A stretch of DNA of 64,000 bases from Dictyostelium discoideum (Eukaryota): assembly GCA_000004695.1 (NCBI GenBank), contig CM000150.2, positions 1,376,001 through 1,440,000 on the forward strand, in the 5' to 3' direction. The translations under genes and the position numbers were made by a program. Each line of letters starts with the position of its first letter. Position 1 is the stretch's first letter. A model generated the notes under the pieces. That model ran no database searches and was not told the origin of the DNA. It saw only the letters and a program-made list of their open reading frames with translations. Shown piece after piece: positions 60,120 to 64,000 of the stretch.

Positions 60120-62783
60120 GAATTGATGATGAATCCTTTAATGAAGTTGGTGAAGGTGGACTTGTTATATTATTTCCAATACTATCACCCATATTACTAT
60201 TTGTAGTGGTATTATTTGTTGTTGGTGCATTAGTAGTACTCTTACTAATACCCATTGATGAAAATAAACCATTACTATATTTCTTTATCATTGATTCTTC
60301 AGATTTTGAATGAATTAAATGTAATTGTTTACTATTTGGTGAGTTTGCTTGTTGTTGTTGTGATTGTTGTTGTGATTGTTGTTGCTGCGCTTGTTGTTGT
60401 TGTTGTTGTTGTAGTTGTTGTTGTAAATATAATTGATGTTGCATTGAAGAATTACCAATACTACTACCATAACCAATATAATTTGAATTTACACTTGATA
60501 AAAGATCAATTTGAACTGGTGTATTTGTTGGTGAAGATGATACAATTGAGTTATCTTCTTTTTCGATTTTAATGGCTTGTGTAAATAATGATGGTAAAAA
60601 TTTTGCAAGTGATGGTTTATTTTCACCCTCTTTTTTACCTGATGATGTTCTTGGTTTATTATTAACACCACTATTACTACTACTACTACTATTATTATTA
60701 TTAATAATTGAAAATGACCTTTGTGTTTGACTAGTTGGTGTTGATGAAGTTTGTTGATGAGATGATTGTGATTGTGATGATGGTGATGTCGCACTATTTA
60801 AACTACCCATACTGCTACTCATTGATGGTGATAATAAAATATTACTATTACTATTACCAGGTGCACTAGATGAACTATTTGAACCGAATGAATCTGATCT
60901 TGATGATACTGTATTAGGAATATTACTATTATGACTATGATGATGATGATGATTATTTACATTTGATAAATTATTTAAAATTGAATTTATAGTTGTATTT
61001 GGTAAGAATGTACTATTATGATTTATATTTTGATTTTCATATCTAAATGAACTCTCATTAAATTTAATTGTAAATTCTGTATCAAATTGTGGTTGTTGTT
61101 GAGTTTGTTGTTGATGCTGTTGAGTTTGTTGTTGTCTTTGATATTTTAAAGATTTTAAATATTTTTTCTTTGGATGAGGATGATTAAATAATTGAACGAT
61201 ACCATTATTTCTTGGAATAGTTGTATCCATTAATGCTAAATTCTTTGCTTTAATAGCTTCTTCACCAGATAATAAATAACCAAAAGTTAAATCAATCCAA
61301 GAATGTAATTGTTTTGAAACATGATCACTCTCTAATGCATTCATATGAATTTTTATAAATTCTTGAGTGGATTGATTCGGTACCCAATCTGGTAATTGTA
61401 AATCTGGCATATCAGAATGAATCGATTTAAATATAGTTGAATCTGTAAAAAACTCTGGTATACATTCATCAGGTGTCCAACGATAAAGACGTTCCATCGT
61501 TGCTGGATATTCATTTGGTTCATAATTTGTACGTACGAATCTTCTTAATAATGGTACTGATGTTCTTCTTGCTAAATAACTATAATATGTTAACTCTGAA
61601 AGTATATCAGAAATATGATGTGCTTTACCACTATTACCACTACCACCACCACCACCATTATTACTACTATTTGTTATACCACCAGTACTACCAATACTAC
61701 CAATGCCACCACCCATACTATCATCACCTAATGTCGTTGAATTACCAGTATTAAAAAATTGAAAATCTAATTGTTCATCACCTTTATTTAATCTATATTT
61801 TGTTTTTGTTAAATCTCTCCAACCTACTGTTTTCCCTGATTGATCTTCATTATTATTATTATTATTATTATTACTACTACTACTATTATCAACATCATCA
61901 CGACTATCATTATCATTATCAATATTAATTGGTGAAGTTGTAAAATCAATTACCCAAGGTAAAACAGGATGATTCATTGGATCACCAATATGACGATGAG
62001 CTAAATGATTTAAAATCATTAAATAATTGAAATTTGATAATTCACCATTGATCCATTTATTCATTGAACTTTCAAATTGATTCTCTAAAGGTTGATGATA
62101 TAATGGAGTTGAAGGGAATGAAAAACCCTCTAATCCTAACCACATTTGATTATTTAAATGAATATTTGATGGTTGTAAATCACCATGAACAATCTCTCGT
62201 TGATGTAAAAATGAAAATAATTGTATCAATTGATAAATCATAAATGTTGTTATCTTTTGATTCCTTTGTAAATATTGTAAACTATATCTTAATAATCCAT
62301 CTAATGTATAATTATATTTTTTATAAATTATAAATATTTTATCATTTAAATTATTATTATTTTTATCATCATCATCATCATTATCATTATCATTATTATC
62401 AATATCATTATAAATGATTTCAATTATTGGTAATAAATTTGGATGAAGTTTTAAAACATTTGGTGAAGTATAATCAATTGATGGTGGTATATTTGTATCT
62501 GTGAAATGAATTGAATTTGGTAATGAACTTATATATGTTGAAAATGATTGTAATACTGATTTTATAAATTCTTTATTAAATGTGAATGATTGACTATTAC
62601 TATTATTATTATTATTATTATTATCATCATCATCTTTATTATCCAATGAATTTAATTTCTCTTGAACTATATAATTATTTGTAAAATTTAAATTATTTTG
62701 ATCAATATTATAAAGCATTGGTGGTGAATTAATTTCATCAAAATATTCCCATAGAGATAATGTTTCATTTGGTTGAAATTTAA

Positions 62784-62815
<32 letters not shown>

Positions 62816-63629
62816 GATGTTTTTAAAGATCTTTCATATAACCTTGGTCTTTGTTGACTATTATTATCATTACTATTATTTATCCAATTCTTTTTAACAA
62901 CTTGAATTGAAATTTCATCACCATCATATGAAGATGCTTCGAAACTACCTTGTTTATATTTAATGGTTGTTCTTTTTCTTGGCATTGAATTTAAATCATT
63001 TAATGAAATTGATGTTGATAATGGAGTTGTTGTTGTTGACGTTGATGATGATGATGATGGTGACAATGGTGATGATGGTGCTGGTGGTGGTGCTTTTTCT
63101 CCAGTATTATCTTCATCTCCTTCACCACTATTATTATTATTTTCTTCAGAATTATTATTATTATTTTTATTTTTATTTAAATCATGATCGTTATGTTTAT
63201 TTGCATATTGTAATAATATTGAAGTTGATTTATCTTTAATTAAATCATCAATTATATTATTATTACTAATGTTTACAAATCCATTGCTACCTATTAAACT
63301 ACTATTATTATTACTAGTTTTATTAAAAATAAAATCTATTGATCCTTTGTGAGCCTAAATAATTGAAAAAAAAAAAAAAAAAAGAAAAAAAAGGAAAAAA
63401 AAGTTAATATAGATAAGAGTAAAATGAATATTGTAAAAAGTGGGTGTGTGTGTATGTGTATGTTTTGGGAGTATATTAAGATTATAAAAATACATACGGA
63501 TACAGTTGAAAGATTAAATGAAATTGAATTCTTTGAGTGAATATCTTCTTGATCAAGTGAGAGGAAACAAATGTTTAATTGTTTTTCAATCTCTTCTTTT
63601 ATCTCTTCTTTTGATACTGTTTGCCCCAT
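56947..63629 (-). CDS. WDR81 homolog: N-terminal kinase-like (pseudokinase, HGD) region, BEACH domain, long low-complexity linker, HEAT/ARM-like region and C-terminal WD40 repeats. Proposed structure is complement(join(56947..63354,63498..63629)), about 2179 aa.
   Basis: The track ORF (first 'M' is a TTG Leu) is open upstream to the acceptor TTTAG at 63355-63356. A 44-codon first exon begins MGQTVSKEEIKEEIEK.. (Gly2, a myristoylation-type start) and ends at a GTATGT donor at 63497. The BEACH signature is LSNFNYLMILNHLAHRHIGDPMNHPVLPWVIDFTTS...GWRDLTKTKYRLNKGDEQLDFQF. The following segment [68 protein letters not shown]...[22 protein letters not shown] matches human WDR81 ([123 protein letters not shown]), recalled from memory. 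A catalytic-loop-like HGDLQPSNIHL lies upstream of the BEACH domain, DMFALGCIIAELYQGYPLF lies downstream, and WD40 repeats are at the C-terminus (DNLVKIWSL, SIQVWD, SVIQWDL). Confidence 0.8.
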
Positions 63630-63920
63630 ATTGCTCACTGTTCTCTCTCTCTCCCACTCAAAAATATTCTCCCCTTTTTTTTTTTTATAACTCTTAATTT
63701 CCTTCTTCAAATTACCAACCTAATTTTTTTTTTTTTTTTGTTTTTTTTTTTTTCTTATTAAATGTTTAAATATATATTATTTGATATTATTATTATTCTA
63801 TTTGTTATAGTTCCCAAAAAAAAAATCTGAAAATAAAAAAAAATAAAAAAAAATAAAAAAAAAAAATAAAAAAAAATAAAAAAAAAAAAAAACTAAAAAT
63901 TAAAAAAAAATCTGAAAATG

Positions 63921-63960
<40 letters not shown>

Positions 63961-64000
63961 TAAATAATGGTTTATTTATTATTTTTTTTTTTTAAATAAT

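Noticed and set aside
63066-63066. Several track ORFs begin with 'M' at non-ATG codons, for example TTG at 63066, 51819 and 34681.
   Set aside because: The ORF finder evidently uses a bacterial start set and renders TTG as Met. In this eukaryotic context these are not start codons, and gene starts were re-derived from ATGs and splice sites.

Overview
This window is a eukaryotic nuclear chromosomal segment, almost certainly from a Dictyostelium-type social amoeba. It is about 78-80% A+T, with intergenic DNA made largely of A/T homopolymers and short A/T-rich repeats, short GT..AG introns of about 80-150 bp with poly-T tracts before the acceptor, and (AAT)n/(CAA)n codon repeats inside genes that encode poly-Asn/poly-Gln. 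It is not prokaryotic, and I found no operons, CRISPR arrays, tRNA or rRNA genes. I recognise about 20 protein-coding genes by family, several with introns the six-frame track cannot show. They are:
- a ZIP zinc transporter, cut off at the window start
- a PXMP4/Pmp24-family peroxisomal membrane protein
- an HxGH-motif nucleotidyltransferase-like protein
- two paralogous SulP/SLC26 sulfate transporters
- an aquaporin, with a degenerate duplicate of its last intron/exon junction 380 bp downstream
- a protein with a myosin-I TH1-like domain
- an acyl-protein thioesterase (APT1/LYPLA1-like, 3 exons)
- a two-domain AAA ATPase
- Rab6
- an F-box/LRR protein
- several Asn-rich hypothetical proteins
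- a secreted Pro/Thr-repeat protein
- a MAK/ICK-family (RCK) kinase
- the RNA polymerase III subunit RPC3/RPC82
- a Pif1 helicase
- a WDR91 homolog (LisH/CTLH + WD40)
- immediately upstream on the same strand, a roughly 2180-aa WDR81 homolog (pseudokinase-like + BEACH + HEAT-like + WD40)
The most interesting observation is that the genes for the two subunits of the conserved endosomal WDR81-WDR91 complex sit head-to-tail about 1.5 kb apart. Other points of interest are a 5-kb gene-poor island (10-15.4 kb) full of tandem and inverted repeats with a GC-rich 16-mer, a large palindrome in the divergent SulP/aquaporin promoter region, and a likely mis-split gene model in which the second SulP transporter carries a 340-aa Asn-rich N-terminal exon. 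Coordinates next to long homopolymers may be off by 1-2 nt, because I could not count those runs perfectly; in one place my count disagrees with the ORF track by one base.
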